NCBI GenBank assembly: GCA_029936875.1
Contig: JAPYRS010000002.1
Coordinates: forward strand, 1-48,578
DNA from: Alphaproteobacteria bacterium
Lineage (GTDB): Bacteria > Pseudomonadota > Alphaproteobacteria > SHVP01
Direction: 5' to 3'
Length of the DNA: 48,578 nt
Each line of letters opens with the position of its first letter. Position 1 is the first letter of the stretch. A program made the position numbers and the translations under genes. This document shows, in pieces, positions 27,003-37,088 of this stretch. The notes beneath the pieces were generated by a model. It did no database searches and had not been told where the DNA came from. It was given only the letters and a program-made list of their open reading frames with translations.

Positions 27003-27023
27003 CCTGTGGCATCGCCCTATTTT
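26995..27023 (+). promoter_or_regulatory. Putative sigma70-type promoter of etfBA-hbd
   Basis: -35 TTGACA (26995..27000), 17-nt spacer, -10 TATTTT (27018..27023), followed by the imperfect palindrome TTTGC-N6-GCAAA (27021..27036). Confidence 0.4.
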
Positions 27024-27109
27024 GCGCTGCAGCAAAATCGGAGCCCGCGGCGACGTTCCACCGGGGACAGGCCTGCCGGACGCCCAGCACGCTCAGGAGA
27101 TCCTTGCCA

Positions 27110-27859
27110 ATGAAGTTGCTTGTCGCGGTAAAGCGCGTCGTGGATTACAACGTCAAAATCCGCGTGAAAGCTGACGAATCGGGCGTTGAGCTCGCCAACG
27201 TCAAGATGTCGATGAACCCGTTCGACGAAATCGCTGTCGAAGAAGCGGTCCGCCTGAAAGAGGCCGGAACCGCCACCGAAATCATCACGGTTTCGATGGG
27301 CCCGGCCCAATGTCAGGAAACCATCCGGACATCGCTCGCCATGGGCGCCGACCGCGGCATTCATGTCAAAACCGATGACGAATTGCAGCCGCTGGCGGTC
27401 GCCAAATTGCTGAAAGCCATCATCGACGAGGAAAAACCCGATCTCGTCATCCTCGGCAAACAGGCGATCGACGACGACAGCAACCAGACCGGACAAATGC
27501 TGGCCGGGCTTCTCGGTTGGGCGCAGGGCACATTTGCTTCGAAGATCGAATTCGACGGCGACAAAGCCAAAGTGACGCGCGAAGTGGACGGCGGGTTGGA
27601 GACGATCTCAATTCAGATGCCGGCCATCGTGACCACGGATTTGCGCCTCAACGAACCCCGCTACGCGTCGCTGCCAAACATCATGAAAGCAAAGAAAAAG
27701 CCGATTGATGAAAAGGCACCGGGCGACTACGGCGTCGATACCGCGCCGCGCCTCACAACCCTGAAGGTGACCGAGCCGCCAAAACGAAGCGCCGGCATCA
27801 AGGTTGCCGACGCGGCTGAGCTTGTCGCCAAATTACGCGAAGAAGGAGTGATCACATGA
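27110..27859 (+). CDS. etfB: Electron transfer flavoprotein beta subunit
   Basis: [19 protein letters not shown]... with AGGAGA 9 nt upstream of the ATG at 27110. Confidence 0.9.
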   Translation: MKLLVAVKRVVDYNVKIRVKADESGVELANVKMSMNPFDEIAVEEAVRLKEAGTATEIITVSMGPAQCQETIRTSLAMGADRGIHVKTDDELQPLAVAKLLKAIIDEEKPDLVILGKQAIDDDSNQTGQMLAGLLGWAQGTFASKIEFDGDKAKVTREVDGGLETISIQMPAIVTTDLRLNEPRYASLPNIMKAKKKPIDEKAPGDYGVDTAPRLTTLKVTEPPKRSAGIKVADAAELVAKLREEGVIT

Positions 27860-28794
27860 GTGCGCTGGTAGTTGCTGATCACGACAATGCGGAACTTAAA
27901 CCGTCGACACTGAATGCCGTCACCGCCGCGCTCGCGCTCGACGACGATGTCCATATATTGGTTGCGGGCGCGGATTGCGCCGCTGTTTGTGACGCCGCAG
28001 CAAAAGTCGCGGGTGTATCGAAAGTTCTGGCAGCGGATGATGCGATTTACGCACACGGCCTCGCCGAGGCGGTGGCGCCGCTGATCGTCGGCCTTGCCAG
28101 CAACTATGTCGCCGTTCTCGCACCGGCAGCAACGTCGGGCAAAAACATTATGCCGCGTGTCGCTGCACTCTTGGATGTCGCGCAAATTTCAGACATCGTT
28201 GAGGTGGTTTCGGCCGATACGTTTGTGCGCCCGATTTATGCCGGCAACGCAATGGCGACGGTGCAATCAAGCGATGCGATCAAGATCATCACCGTTCGCG
28301 GCACAGCCTTTGCCGCTGCCGAAACGACCGGCGGTAGCGCTGCGGTTGAAGCGACCCCCACTGCGGAAGCACAGGGGCTCTCTGAATTTTTGGGCCAGGA
28401 ACTTTCGAGTTCCGAACGCCCCGAACTCACCAGCGCCGGGATCATTATTTCGGGTGGTCGCGGCATGCAGTCGGGTGAAAATTTTGTGCTTCTAGAGAAG
28501 GTCGCCGACCTTCTCGGTGCCGCCGTTGGGGCAAGCCGGGCTGCGGTCGATTCAGGGTTCGTGCCGAATGATTATCAGGTCGGCCAGACCGGCAAGATTG
28601 TCGCCCCCGATCTTTACATTGCGGTTGGCATCTCCGGCGCCATTCAGCATCTCGCCGGGATGAAGGACAGCAAGGTCATCGTCGCCATCAACAAGGACGA
28701 AGATGCACCGATCTTTCAGGTGGCCGACTACGGCATTGTCGGCGATTTATTCAAAATTGTGCCGGAACTCGAAGCCGAACTTGGCAAGTCCTAA
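27856..28794 (+). CDS. etfA: Electron transfer flavoprotein alpha subunit
   Basis: ATGA overlap with etfB. C-terminal FAD-binding block [37 protein letters not shown]. Confidence 0.9.
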   Translation: MSALVVADHDNAELKPSTLNAVTAALALDDDVHILVAGADCAAVCDAAAKVAGVSKVLAADDAIYAHGLAEAVAPLIVGLASNYVAVLAPAATSGKNIMPRVAALLDVAQISDIVEVVSADTFVRPIYAGNAMATVQSSDAIKIITVRGTAFAAAETTGGSAAVEATPTAEAQGLSEFLGQELSSSERPELTSAGIIISGGRGMQSGENFVLLEKVADLLGAAVGASRAAVDSGFVPNDYQVGQTGKIVAPDLYIAVGISGAIQHLAGMKDSKVIVAINKDEDAPIFQVADYGIVGDLFKIVPELEAELGKS

Positions 28795-28820
28795 AAGGAA
28801 CCGGCTTGAACAACATTAAT

Positions 28821-29759
28821 ATGAACATTGACTCCAAAGTGGGTGATTCCAAGGACGGTGACACAAAGGCGGGCGCCAGCATTCCGGTAATCCGCAACGT
28901 CGGCATTGTCGGCGCGGGCCAAATGGGTTCGGGCATCGCCCATGTCTGTGGCCTCGCCGGATACGACGTTATCTTGACGGACATCGCGCAGGAACCGCTC
29001 GACAAGGCGATGGGCGCGATTGACCGCAACCTTGGCCGCCAGGCCGGGCGCGGGCGCATCACCGAAGAACAGAAAGCCACCGCCATCGGCCACATCACCA
29101 CCGCCGTCGGCATGGACGCGTTGGGCGACGTCGATATCGTCATCGAAGCGGCGACCGAAAACGAAGACATCAAACGCCAGATCCTGATCGACCTCTGCAC
29201 CAAGGTTCGGCCCGATACCATTCTCGCGACCAACACATCTTCGATCAGTGTGACGCGCCTTGCCGCCGTTACCGACCGGCCGGGACGTTTTATCGGCATG
29301 CACTTTATGAATCCGGTGCCGATGATGAAGTTGGTCGAACTGATCCGCGGCATTGCGACCGAACCCGATGTGTTCGAAGCCGTGCGCCAACTTGCCGTCA
29401 GTCTCGACAAGACCCCCGCGGCAGCCGAAGACTTTCCTGCTTTCATCGTCAACCGCATTCTGATGCCGATGCTGAACGAGGCGATCTACACATTGTACGA
29501 AGGCGTCGGCACTGTTGAATCGATTGATACGTCGATGAAGCTCGGCGCCAATCATCCGATGGGGCCGCTCGAACTCGCCGATTTCATTGGCCTCGATACG
29601 GCGCTCGCAATTATGCAGGTGCTTTACGAAGGACTCGCCGATACCAAATACCGGCCGTGTCCGTTGCTGGTAAAATATGTCGAAGCCGGTTGGCTTGGCC
29701 GGAAATCAGGCCGCGGCTTTTACGACTATTCCGGCGATACACCGGTTCCGACTCGGTAA
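28821..29759 (+). CDS. 3-hydroxybutyryl-CoA / 3-hydroxyacyl-CoA dehydrogenase
   Basis: VGIVGAGQMGSGIA Rossmann motif, NTSS, FVVNRIL-type C-terminal domain. ATG at 28821 (track start 28806 is TTG). Confidence 0.88.
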   Translation: MNIDSKVGDSKDGDTKAGASIPVIRNVGIVGAGQMGSGIAHVCGLAGYDVILTDIAQEPLDKAMGAIDRNLGRQAGRGRITEEQKATAIGHITTAVGMDALGDVDIVIEAATENEDIKRQILIDLCTKVRPDTILATNTSSISVTRLAAVTDRPGRFIGMHFMNPVPMMKLVELIRGIATEPDVFEAVRQLAVSLDKTPAAAEDFPAFIVNRILMPMLNEAIYTLYEGVGTVESIDTSMKLGANHPMGPLELADFIGLDTALAIMQVLYEGLADTKYRPCPLLVKYVEAGWLGRKSGRGFYDYSGDTPVPTR

Positions 29760-29854
29760 GGGACACTCGATCGAGCCCATCAGCCAGGCGCGGCGTTCGA
29801 CCGGTGGCGAGCGAATTGCCTCGCCGGTAGTTCCGAAAAACCGATCCCATTCTT

Positions 29855-29874
29855 GGCAGAATTCTGCCGTTTTA
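29855..29874 (+). terminator. Possible intrinsic terminator after hbd
   Basis: Perfect 14-bp palindrome GGCAGAATTCTGCC followed by GTTTTA. The stem is short, so this is a weak call. Confidence 0.35.
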
Positions 29875-29982
29875 CCCTTATGGCAAAATTGAATCGGCGC
29901 GGAAGAGTAAAAAATATTTGATATAAAGTCAAAGATACCTTACATACTCCTGTGTCAACAATATTTGACATAGGAGAGGCAA

Positions 29983-30417
29983 ATGCCCGCCAACGAAAAA
30001 AGCGCTTGGACCATGGTCGTTGTCACGATCGGCGTTTATGGAATCTACCTCGCCATCATTCTTGGCCGCGCTGAAAACCTTCCATTCGTCGACGTGCCCT
30101 ATGTCGCAACGATGTTGTGGTCAATGGGCGCCTTTATCCCGGCAGCGATTCTTGGCCATATTGTACTCAGTATTGCCACTTACAAATCTCCCGAAGACTT
30201 CAAAAAGGATGAACGCGACCGCATGATTCATCGGTTGAGCGAATACAGCGCCCATTCGATGGTCTCCATCGGCGGTGCGGCGGCGCTCTTCATGGCGATG
30301 GCCGAGGTCAATCATTTCTGGATCGCCAATGCGATGTTCCTCGCCTTTTCGCTCTCGTCGCTATATTCAGCGGCACGAAAGATCGTCGCTTACCGTCGCG
30401 GTTTCGCCCAATGGTGA
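29983..30417 (+). CDS. DUF2178-like 4-TM membrane protein
   Basis: AGGAGAGG SD. 144 aa with four hydrophobic helices. Overlaps the following XRE gene by 7 nt, the usual pairing for this family. Confidence 0.65.
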   Translation: MPANEKSAWTMVVVTIGVYGIYLAIILGRAENLPFVDVPYVATMLWSMGAFIPAAILGHIVLSIATYKSPEDFKKDERDRMIHRLSEYSAHSMVSIGGAAALFMAMAEVNHFWIANAMFLAFSLSSLYSAARKIVAYRRGFAQW

Positions 30418-30662
30418 AGCCCACCAAAGTTACAAACGCGCTTCGCTCGCTCAGGTTCGCCGCCGGCGAAATGACGCAAGCGGATTTGGCGAAAAAGCTC
30501 GGCGTAACCCGTCAGACAATTATTGCCATCGAGCAAGGGCGTTACTCACCTTCGCTTGAAATGGCGTTTCAGATTGCCCAAATATTTAATGTGCCGCTCG
30601 ACGAAGCATTCCAGTACCCGCCTACCGAACGGACAAGCGGAGATGATGATGGCCAAATCTAA
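30411..30662 (+). CDS. XRE-family helix-turn-helix transcriptional regulator
   Basis: LRSLRFAAGEMTQADLAKKLGVTRQTIIAIEQGRYSPSLEMAFQIAQIF, a classic Cro/C1 HTH. Confidence 0.85.
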   Translation: MVKPTKVTNALRSLRFAAGEMTQADLAKKLGVTRQTIIAIEQGRYSPSLEMAFQIAQIFNVPLDEAFQYPPTERTSGDDDGQI

Positions 30663-31272
30663 TAGATTCTGGGACAAGCTTTCCAGGCGCTACGAGAAAA
30701 GCCCGGTTGCCAACGAAGCCGCTTATCAGAAAAAGCTAGAAATCACCCGCGGTTTTCTAAAACCGGAGATGGAGATTTTGGAGTTCGGCTGCGGCACCGG
30801 CACCACCGCGGTCGCCCACGCGCCGTACGTCAAACATATTCAGGCGATTGACTTCTCGTCGAAGATGCTGGAATTCGACAAGGCCAAAGCCGCGGCGGCC
30901 AAGGTCGAAAACGTCACCTTCGAGCATGCCAGCATCGACAAATTCAGCGTCGGCGATGAAACATTCGATGTCGTGCTCGGCCTCAGCATTCTGCACCTGC
31001 TGAAAAACAAGGAAGACGTCATCGCCAAGGTGCACAAGATGCTGAAACCGGGCGGCGTCTTTATTTCCAACACGGTTTGCATCGGCAATACCATGAAGTT
31101 TTTCAGTTTCATTGCGCCGATAGGAAAGTCCTTTGGCGTGCTGCCGGTGCTCAACATTTTCACGACCAAGGAACTGGAAACCAGCGTGACGGCGGCCGGT
31201 TTTGAGATCGAGCAGCTGTGGCAGCCCTCCAAAAAGAGTGCCGTGTTTATCGTGGCCAAAAAGCGCGCCTAA
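30643..31272 (+). CDS. Class I SAM-dependent methyltransferase
   Basis: ILEFGCGTG motif I. Triple ATG at 30643/30646/30649 overlapping the XRE gene end. The upstream part of the track ORF lies in the XRE gene's alternative frame. Confidence 0.85.
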   Translation: MMMAKSNRFWDKLSRRYEKSPVANEAAYQKKLEITRGFLKPEMEILEFGCGTGTTAVAHAPYVKHIQAIDFSSKMLEFDKAKAAAAKVENVTFEHASIDKFSVGDETFDVVLGLSILHLLKNKEDVIAKVHKMLKPGGVFISNTVCIGNTMKFFSFIAPIGKSFGVLPVLNIFTTKELETSVTAAGFEIEQLWQPSKKSAVFIVAKKRA

Positions 31273-31363
31273 GCGCGACATCCTCGCGAGGAAGGCCCCT
31301 TCCTGGTTGCCAGACAGCTGCGCAACGGCTTGTCTTGGAAGAAACGCGTAGAATTATGCCTTG

Positions 31364-31389
31364 AACGTATTAAATACGTTTAATACGTT
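31364..31389. promoter_or_regulatory. Operator-like repeat set: 17-bp palindrome AACGTATTAAATACGTT plus a third AATACGTT copy, overlapping a -35 TTGACA
   Basis: Palindrome 31364..31380, direct copy 31382..31389, -35 TTGACA 31388..31393, 17-nt spacer, -10 TATTTC 31411..31416, ATG at 31424. Confidence 0.4.
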
Positions 31390-31423
31390 GACATAATGAC
31401 GCATAACGCGTATTTCCCGGCCC

Positions 31424-33118
31424 ATGAATCAGGCAGAACACATAATTTCGAAGTTTGGCGGGCTGGCGGCGTTATCGCGGGCGCTCGGCCACAAGCACCC
31501 GACCACCGTCCAGGGCTGGAAGGAACGCGGCGTCATCCCCGCGCGCCAGCAGGCAGACGTGCTGGCGGCAGCACAGGAATTGGGGCTTGCGCTCTCGCCG
31601 GAAGACTTTTTTGCTGATGACGCTGGGGCGGGGGGCGAGATTGAAACCGCAGCACCGGCACCAGCGACGGGCGGCCCGTCGCCTTCGGACATTTCACCGC
31701 GTGCCTCATCCGGCGGAATTACGGCAGGTGTCGCGTCGCCTTCGGCGAACAAAATGTGGGGCGGTCGGTTTGCCCAAGGCCCGGCCGAAGTCATGCAGAC
31801 GATCAACGCCTCAATCGGATTTGATCAGCGGCTTTATGCTCAAGACCTTGAGGGGTCGCGCGCCCACTGCCGCATGTTGATGGCGCAGGACATCATCACC
31901 GAACACGACGGCGGCGCCATCCTTTCCGGCCTCGACATTATCGAAAGTGAAATCGAGGCGGGAAATTTCAATTTCGATCCGATCTACGAAGACATTCACA
32001 TGAACATCGAGGCGCGGCTTTCGGATCTTATTGGCGCGCCGGCGGGACGGCTCCACACCGCGCGGTCGCGGAACGATCAGGTTGCAACGGACTTGCGCCT
32101 TTGGGTGCGGGACGAAATCGACGTGCTGGATGCCGGCCTCCGTGACCTGCTGGTGGCAATCACCGATCAGGCCGATGCCCATTCGGATGCGATCATGCCG
32201 GGCTTCACCCACCTACAACCGGCGCAACCGGTGACGTTTGGCCACCATTTGATGGCTTACGCCAACATGTTTGACCGCGACCGGGGCCGGCTTCGGGATG
32301 CGCGGACCCGCGTCAATGAAATGCCGTTGGGTGCGGCCGCGCTGGCTGGGACTTCTTTCAAGATTGACCGGAATGCCACCGCAGCGGCGCTCGGATTTGA
32401 CCGGCCGATGGCGAATTCCCTCGACGCGGTGTCTTCGCGGGACTTTGCGCTCGAGTTTCTCGCCGCCGGTTCGGTGTTGTCGATCCATCTTTCGCGCCTC
32501 GCGGAAGAGCTGGTGCTGTGGTCGAGCCCGGCGTTTGGCTTTGTCGCGCTTTCGGATTCGTTCAGCACCGGATCATCAATCATGCCGCAGAAGCGCAACC
32601 CCGATGCGGCCGAACTGGTGCGGGCAAAATCGGGCCGCGTGATCGGCGCCCTCACCGGACTTTTGGTCGTGCTCAAAGGTCTTCCGCTCGCCTACGCCAA
32701 GGACATGCAGGAAGACAAGGAGCCCGTGTTCGATGCGGCCGATACTTTGCGCGCCGCCATTGCCGTGATGACCGGCATGATCATCGACATGAAAACGGAC
32801 CGGGCCGCCATGCGGGCCGCCGCAGGGGCGCGGTTTGCAACGGCTACAGACCTTGCCGACTGGCTTGTCCGGGTGCTCAACATGCCGTTCCGCAATGCTC
32901 ATGAAGTGACCGGGCGGATTGTCGCGCTGGCCGAAAGCCGAGGCCTCGAACTCGACGGGCTGACACTCGCCGATTATCAAGGTATTGAGCCCGGTATCAC
33001 CAAAGACGTTTTCGCGGTATTGGGAATAGATAATTCAATTGCCAGCCGGACAAGTTTTGGCGGCACCGCGCCGGTCCGGGTGCGCGAGGCGATTGCGGAA
33101 TTTAGAAAGAAACTGTAA
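31424..33118 (+). CDS. argH: Argininosuccinate lyase with in-frame N-terminal Cro/YdaS-like HTH module and low-complexity linker
   Basis: Canonical ArgH begins at MWGGRF (ATG 31754) and contains [12 protein letters not shown]. No stop codon separates it from the ATG at 31424. Residues 1-60 look like a small HTH ([28 protein letters not shown]). Confidence 0.85.
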   Translation: MNQAEHIISKFGGLAALSRALGHKHPTTVQGWKERGVIPARQQADVLAAAQELGLALSPEDFFADDAGAGGEIETAAPAPATGGPSPSDISPRASSGGITAGVASPSANKMWGGRFAQGPAEVMQTINASIGFDQRLYAQDLEGSRAHCRMLMAQDIITEHDGGAILSGLDIIESEIEAGNFNFDPIYEDIHMNIEARLSDLIGAPAGRLHTARSRNDQVATDLRLWVRDEIDVLDAGLRDLLVAITDQADAHSDAIMPGFTHLQPAQPVTFGHHLMAYANMFDRDRGRLRDARTRVNEMPLGAAALAGTSFKIDRNATAAALGFDRPMANSLDAVSSRDFALEFLAAGSVLSIHLSRLAEELVLWSSPAFGFVALSDSFSTGSSIMPQKRNPDAAELVRAKSGRVIGALTGLLVVLKGLPLAYAKDMQEDKEPVFDAADTLRAAIAVMTGMIIDMKTDRAAMRAAAGARFATATDLADWLVRVLNMPFRNAHEVTGRIVALAESRGLELDGLTLADYQGIEPGITKDVFAVLGIDNSIASRTSFGGTAPVRVREAIAEFRKKL

Positions 33119-33234
33119 TGAGACGCGCGATTATTACATTGTTGATTGGCTTGGCGCTGGTGGTAAGCGTTTCTGCCTGCGGAAAAAAAGGCCCGCTGGA
33201 ACCGCCGCCATCTGAGCAGGAAGACACCGCGTAA
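33118..33234 (+). CDS. Small lipoprotein (38 aa, LptM/YifL-like)
   Basis: TAATG overlap with the argH stop. [31 protein letters not shown] has a lipobox-like VSAC followed by GxKGPL. Below the ORF-track length cutoff. Confidence 0.6.
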   Translation: MRRAIITLLIGLALVVSVSACGKKGPLEPPPSEQEDTA

Positions 33235-33251
33235 ACGGGCCGGAGTAACTC

Positions 33252-34517
33252 GTGGATAATTTTACCTATCGGGACGGGCAGCTGTTTGCCGAAGACGTGG
33301 CCCTAGCCGATTTGGCGGACGACGTCGGCACGCCGTTTTTCTGTTATTCGAGCGCAACAATGGTGCGCCATTACCGGGTGCTGGCCGATGCCTTTCACGG
33401 TTTGGACACGCGCATTTTTTATGCGGTCAAAGCAAATTCGAACCTTGCGGTCATTCGGACACTTAGCCGCGAAGGGGCCGGGGCCGATGTGGTGTCCGAA
33501 GGCGAAATCCGCCGCGCTTTGGCAGCGGGCGTCGCACCGGACGCGATCGTCTTTTCCGGTGTCGGCAAAACTCAGTCAGAAATGGCGATGGCCATTGAAG
33601 CCGGGGTTCTACTATTCAATGTCGAATCGGAACCGGAGCTCAACGCCTTAAGCGAAGTGGCGGCGAGCCGAAATGCCACCGTCGATATGGCGATCCGCAT
33701 CAACCCCGATGTCGATGCCGGAACGCCTGACAAGATCTCGACCGGCCGGAAAGGCGACAAGTTTGGCATCGCCTGGCCCGAAGCGCGCAGCGTTTACGTG
33801 GACGCCGCCAAAATGCCAGGCATTAATGTCGCCGGTGTCGCCTGCCATATCGGCAGCCAGATACTTGATCTCACGCCCTACAAAAGTGCGTTTGAGATTG
33901 CCGCCGGTGCGGTCAGTGCGCTTCGCGAAGACGGCCACACGATCACTCGGCTCGATCTCGGCGGCGGTTTAGGCGTGCCTTATGACAATGAAGTACCGCC
34001 GTCCCCTGCTGACTACGGCAAAATGGTGCGGAATATTTGCGGCGATCTCGGCGTCACCATCATGCTGGAACCGGGACGGGTTCTGGTCGCCAACGCGGGC
34101 GTCTTCGTCATGCGCGTGATTTACGTCAAAGAGACACCGGGCGGGACATTTTACGTGGTCGACGGGGCGATGAATGATCTTGTTCGCCCGACCCTTTACG
34201 ACGCCCACCACACCATCATACCGGTAACGGAACCCTTGGAAAGTGCGCCGTTGAAGGCCGTCGATGTGGTTGGCCCGATCTGCGAAAGCGGCGATATTCT
34301 CGCCCAAAACCGGGACATGCCGCCCGTGGTCGCGGGAGATTTACTCGCGATGCGGACCGCAGGTGCTTACGGTGCGGTAATGTCGTCCACCTACAATAGC
34401 CGTCTTCTTGTCCCGGAAGTTCTGGTCAAGGACGGCAATCATGCCATCGTCCGGGCGCGGCCGAGCTACGACGATCTTTGGCGCGACGAACACATGCCGG
34501 ACTGGTGCGGCGACTGA
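33252..34517 (+). CDS. lysA: Diaminopimelate decarboxylase
   Basis: GTG start. YAVKAN PLP-lysine motif, GGGLGVPY, CESGD. Confidence 0.92.
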   Translation: MDNFTYRDGQLFAEDVALADLADDVGTPFFCYSSATMVRHYRVLADAFHGLDTRIFYAVKANSNLAVIRTLSREGAGADVVSEGEIRRALAAGVAPDAIVFSGVGKTQSEMAMAIEAGVLLFNVESEPELNALSEVAASRNATVDMAIRINPDVDAGTPDKISTGRKGDKFGIAWPEARSVYVDAAKMPGINVAGVACHIGSQILDLTPYKSAFEIAAGAVSALREDGHTITRLDLGGGLGVPYDNEVPPSPADYGKMVRNICGDLGVTIMLEPGRVLVANAGVFVMRVIYVKETPGGTFYVVDGAMNDLVRPTLYDAHHTIIPVTEPLESAPLKAVDVVGPICESGDILAQNRDMPPVVAGDLLAMRTAGAYGAVMSSTYNSRLLVPEVLVKDGNHAIVRARPSYDDLWRDEHMPDWCGD

Positions 34518-34530
34518 GGATATGTAACCG

Positions 34531-37008
34531 ATGACCGATGCCCAAAATCGAGGGTTTGGTTGGCGTCTCGGCGGCGCCCGGCTCGCGTTATTTTGGGAAC
34601 GGCTGTGGCCATCGTTCTGGCCGCTGTTCGGCGTGGCGATGGCGTTTGTCGCGATTTCGCTGCTTGAGGTTTGGACGCTTTTTCCGGGTTGGCTGCACGC
34701 CACGTTGTTGGCGCTGTTTGCGATCAGCGGCATCGCCTCTCTGATTCTGCCGTTTCGCCGCATCGTTTGGCCGAAAGCAGAAGAAGCCCGGCGGCGTCTA
34801 GAGACGGAAAGCGGATTAAGTCACCACCCGCTGACGACAGTGACCGATCAGCTTGCCGGTCTGGCAGATTCTGATACCGATCCGCTGACTGCAGCCCTTT
34901 GGGATGAACATCAGCGACGGGCGCGGCGCTCGCTTCGGTTCCTGCGCATCGGATTGCCGAAGGCAGGCTGGCTGAAAGTTGACCCCTGGGGCATTCGGGC
35001 AGCACTCGCGCTATTACTTGTGATCGGATTCGTCTCGACGGGTACCGATTCAGAGCGGCGGCTGCTCGACGCGTTCCGCCCCGGCATCGCCTTTGGCAGC
35101 CAAATCCCGGCCGAGCTCGATGCCTGGATCACACCGCCCGAATACACTGGCCTCGCGCCCGCTTTCCTGACAACCGCCACAGAAAACGGCGGCGTTATCC
35201 GGGTGCCGGAAGGCAGCACATTTTTCGCCCGCATCCACGGCGGCAAAGGTCTGCCGCAACTGCGGTCGGGCGCCGGCTCCCCCGCAAATACGATTGCCGA
35301 CTTCAACGTTCTCGACGAACTCAATTATGAGATTGAGAAAACGCTCGATACAGAAACCCAGATTTCCATTATTCAAAATGAGGAATTTCTCGGCGTCTGG
35401 CCGCTTGAAATCATTCCCGATCTCGCACCGGAAATCGCCTTCCATGAAGAACCGGTTGCAAGTGCGCGTTTTGCCCTTCGACTGGCTTATGCGGCCAGCG
35501 ACGATTACGGCGTGGATACAATCAGCGTTCGCATTCAACGTGCCGATACGGAGGAGATCTTCGATTTTGAACTTCCGATCCCGACCCGCCGTCGCGACAG
35601 GATTACCAACGCCAGTTTTCACGATCTAACACCGCACCCGTGGGCCGGACTGCCGGTATTCATTTCACTTTCCGCAGTCGACGAGATCGGCCAGGTCGGG
35701 AACAGCGAGCAAATCGAAATGATTTTGCCGGAGCGCGACTTCCGGCATCCGGTCGCCCGCGCCATTATCGATCAACGGCGCGTCCTTGCGCTCCGCCCGG
35801 CACGCCAACTCCAGGTGGCGTCTGCGCTCACCCGAATATTGGCGGAACCCGCGCGTTACTACGACGATACCGTTGCATTCCTTTCGCTACGCTCAGCCAT
35901 CTGGCGGCTCGTTAATCTCGAGCAAACCCCGGAAATTCTCGACGAGGTCGTTTCCGTGCTTTGGGATACGGCGCTTCGCATTGAGGACGGCGAGCTGAGC
36001 CAAGCGGAAGCGGCACTGCGCGCCGCCCAGGACGCAATGCTGGACGCATTGGCGCGAGACGCACCCGATTCAGAGATTGATCAACGCATTGCCGAACTTC
36101 GCGAAGCGCTAAACCGGTTCCTGCAGGAACTAGCCGAACGCGCCCTCGCCGATAGCCGGAACGATTCAGGCGACCAGGAACCGATTGACCCGAGCCAGCT
36201 TCTCGGCGCGCAGGATTTGCAGGACCTACTCGACCGCGCGCAGGAATTAAGCCGCGCCGGCGCACGGGACGCGGCGCGTGAGCTGTTGTCGCAACTTCGG
36301 GAAATGCTGGAAAACCTGCGCGACGGCATTCAGCCGGGACAACGCGGTGATCAGGATTTTGCCAACGAGGCGCTCTTAAACGAACTCAATGAATTGCTGC
36401 GCGGCCAGCAGGAACTGCTCGATGACACCTTCCGCCGTTCGCAACAGGGCCAACGCAACGAAGGCGACGGCGAACCAGGCGAAAGCCAGCAGGGGCGACG
36501 ACGTCAGGGCTCCGGCGGGCCAAGTGATTTGGAATCGCTCGCCGACCGCCAGGAACGGCTGCGCCGCATGCTCGGCAGCCTGATGCAGCAATTGGGTGAT
36601 AGCGGCATTGGTATTCCGGACCCGCTGGGACGTGCTAAACGTTCGATGAAAGAGGCCTTCCTCGCCCTTGAAGCAAAACGGCCACGCGAAGCAACCGGGC
36701 CGCAAACCAACGCGCTCGACCAGTTGCGCGACGGCGCCGGACAGGTGATCCGCAATATGATGGAAGCCTTAAGTCAGGAACTGGGGTTCGATGACGGACC
36801 CGGTGATTTCCGCCGCATTGGCCGCGATCCCTTTGGCAGACCACAGGCGGGTTATGGGCCGATCGACGACGACAGTGTGAAAATACCCGACCAACTCGAT
36901 GTGCAGCGCGCCCGCGAAATCTTACGCGAACTCTACCGCCGTGCCGGGGAACGGAAGCGACCGCTGTTTGAGCGGGACTATATCGAACGTCTGCTGCGGC
37001 GTTTTTAG
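34531..37008 (+). CDS. TIGR02302/DUF4175-type large membrane-anchored protein
   Basis: N-terminal TM helices, a long acidic coiled-coil C-terminal half, and the position after lysA typical of Alphaproteobacteria. Confidence 0.75.
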   Translation: MTDAQNRGFGWRLGGARLALFWERLWPSFWPLFGVAMAFVAISLLEVWTLFPGWLHATLLALFAISGIASLILPFRRIVWPKAEEARRRLETESGLSHHPLTTVTDQLAGLADSDTDPLTAALWDEHQRRARRSLRFLRIGLPKAGWLKVDPWGIRAALALLLVIGFVSTGTDSERRLLDAFRPGIAFGSQIPAELDAWITPPEYTGLAPAFLTTATENGGVIRVPEGSTFFARIHGGKGLPQLRSGAGSPANTIADFNVLDELNYEIEKTLDTETQISIIQNEEFLGVWPLEIIPDLAPEIAFHEEPVASARFALRLAYAASDDYGVDTISVRIQRADTEEIFDFELPIPTRRRDRITNASFHDLTPHPWAGLPVFISLSAVDEIGQVGNSEQIEMILPERDFRHPVARAIIDQRRVLALRPARQLQVASALTRILAEPARYYDDTVAFLSLRSAIWRLVNLEQTPEILDEVVSVLWDTALRIEDGELSQAEAALRAAQDAMLDALARDAPDSEIDQRIAELREALNRFLQELAERALADSRNDSGDQEPIDPSQLLGAQDLQDLLDRAQELSRAGARDAARELLSQLREMLENLRDGIQPGQRGDQDFANEALLNELNELLRGQQELLDDTFRRSQQGQRNEGDGEPGESQQGRRRQGSGGPSDLESLADRQERLRRMLGSLMQQLGDSGIGIPDPLGRAKRSMKEAFLALEAKRPREATGPQTNALDQLRDGAGQVIRNMMEALSQELGFDDGPGDFRRIGRDPFGRPQAGYGPIDDDSVKIPDQLDVQRAREILRELYRRAGERKRPLFERDYIERLLRRF

Positions 37009-37088
37009 ACCCAGCCGACAGCGTCAGGCTTGCGCGGTGCCGTCGCGGCGCCACCGCCGCGCCAATGCCAAACCAATGCCAAACCTAA

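Noticed and set aside
37062-37086. CCAATGCCAAA x2 tandem repeat after the 37089 gene, and TGGATATTGA x2 at about 44101-44127.
   Set aside because: Both are real but tiny. They are covered by the window-wide tandem-duplication finding and show no independent functional signal.
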